Of a stretch of 64,000 bases of DNA, positions 63,043 to 64,000 are shown one piece after another (positions within the stretch are counted from its first letter, which is position 1; the number at the start of each line of letters is the position of its first letter). A program made the position numbers and the translations under genes. The notes beneath the pieces are model-generated. The model saw nothing but the letters and a program-made list of their open reading frames with translations, made no database searches and was not told where the DNA came from. The DNA lies in the NCBI RefSeq assembly GCF_001194135.2, contig NC_069000.1, positions 42,710,876 through 42,774,875 on the forward strand, in the 5' to 3' direction. This DNA is from Octopus bimaculoides. Its lineage: Eukaryota.

Positions 63043-63260
63043 TAAACACACGACAGGAGTGTAAAGGACAAAAAAAAAAATGAAGATAGCTCGCTCATCT
63101 TTTGGTACTTTGTCCTGTTCTTTTCTCTCGTGTGTTTACATATTTCTCACCTAAGAAATATAGAAATGACAAATGAATAAAGGATTATCTTATGGAACTC
63201 AATAGCTTACAACTGTTTCCGCTATACGTTACGGAGGAATCGTAGTTGAGTGCATTAGCA
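63043..63260 (-). mobile_element. PLE pLTR-like remnant with degenerate hammerhead
   Basis: IRs TAAACACACGA/TCGTGTGTTTA and AGGACAAA/TTTGTCCT; minus strand ACTCAA-CTACGA...GAAAC-AGTT-GTA-AGCTA-TTGAGT, with a damaged CUGANGA. Confidence 0.4.
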
Positions 63261-63839
63261 ACACCTAACAGCCTCATGAGAGCCTAAACTATGAAGTGTA
63301 GTTTGTTTGGGAAAACAAGAATATTTAAGCATAAACACAGGAAAGCATTACCAGTGAGAATACATTCATGTGGGGAATGAACCCCAGAGAGTCGTTCCAT
63401 GGATAATTAGCCAGAAGTGTAAATGTTTGCACGCTTATATTTAAATATACGTTGCAAATTTGATACGGTTGTATATAAGTCAGTATCTTATTTCTATGTA
63501 ACTGCCAGTCTTTATTTGTGCGCATTTAGGTATTTTCACAATCTTTTAGTTCCACCGAGTATGTGCATGTATCCGTGTTTGTGTGTGTGTTTGTGTTTGT
63601 GTGCCTATGTATGTGTGCAAGTGTGTGTTTGTGTATGGTTGTGTATGCTTGCGTGCATGTCTGTGAACTTAGAAACCTTTGATCACTGAAAAGAGAGAAC
63701 AGAAGTCATGTTTATAGCCTGGATGCTCAACAGTGGACGTGCCGCACATAACCATATTTAGGATCGTTCCGAATATTTTCAATTTGTTCCATATACCGGT
63801 GCACGGTAAATCTGCATGGCTCAAGGCATATTAATAAAC

Positions 63840-63879
<40 letters not shown>

Positions 63880-63885
63880 CTTATA

Positions 63886-63925
<40 letters not shown>

Positions 63926-64000
63926 CATATATTCATATATATATATATATACATACATATATTCATATATATATATATATACATATATACACATATATAC

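Noticed and set aside
290-63984. Most ORF-track entries (poly-YI, CV, HT, LS, ER, X-rich)
   Set aside because: They are translations of di-, tri- and tetranucleotide repeats or of N-gaps, which contain no stop codons.

Overview
AT-rich eukaryotic DNA from a gapped draft assembly: 16 N-runs, mostly flanked by (TA)n/(CA)n/(GA)n. The microsatellite load and the tRNA-derived SINE families look like a coleoid cephalopod (Octopus-type) genome; this is inference from recalled repeat families, not a database hit. I found no intact host protein-coding gene, rRNA, genuine tRNA gene or CRISPR array that I can support. Nearly all ORFs in the track are translated microsatellites or N-runs. The window is intergenic or intronic and contains about 20 SINE copies of four families (my labels A-D), decayed LINE reverse-transcriptase fragments (R4/Dong-like and CR1/L2-like), Tc1/mariner remnants, fold-back elements and minisatellites. 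It also holds a Penelope-like (PLE) GIY-YIG endonuclease remnant with its 3' region. The most interesting signal is a set of short, mutually unrelated, RT-less elements next to microsatellites that carry type-I hammerhead ribozyme motifs: one apparently intact (49761-49803), one near-intact (18361-18399) and five degenerate. Several sit inside inverted repeats. A few non-repetitive open frames and candidate exons are reported at low confidence. All structures and alignments were done by eye.
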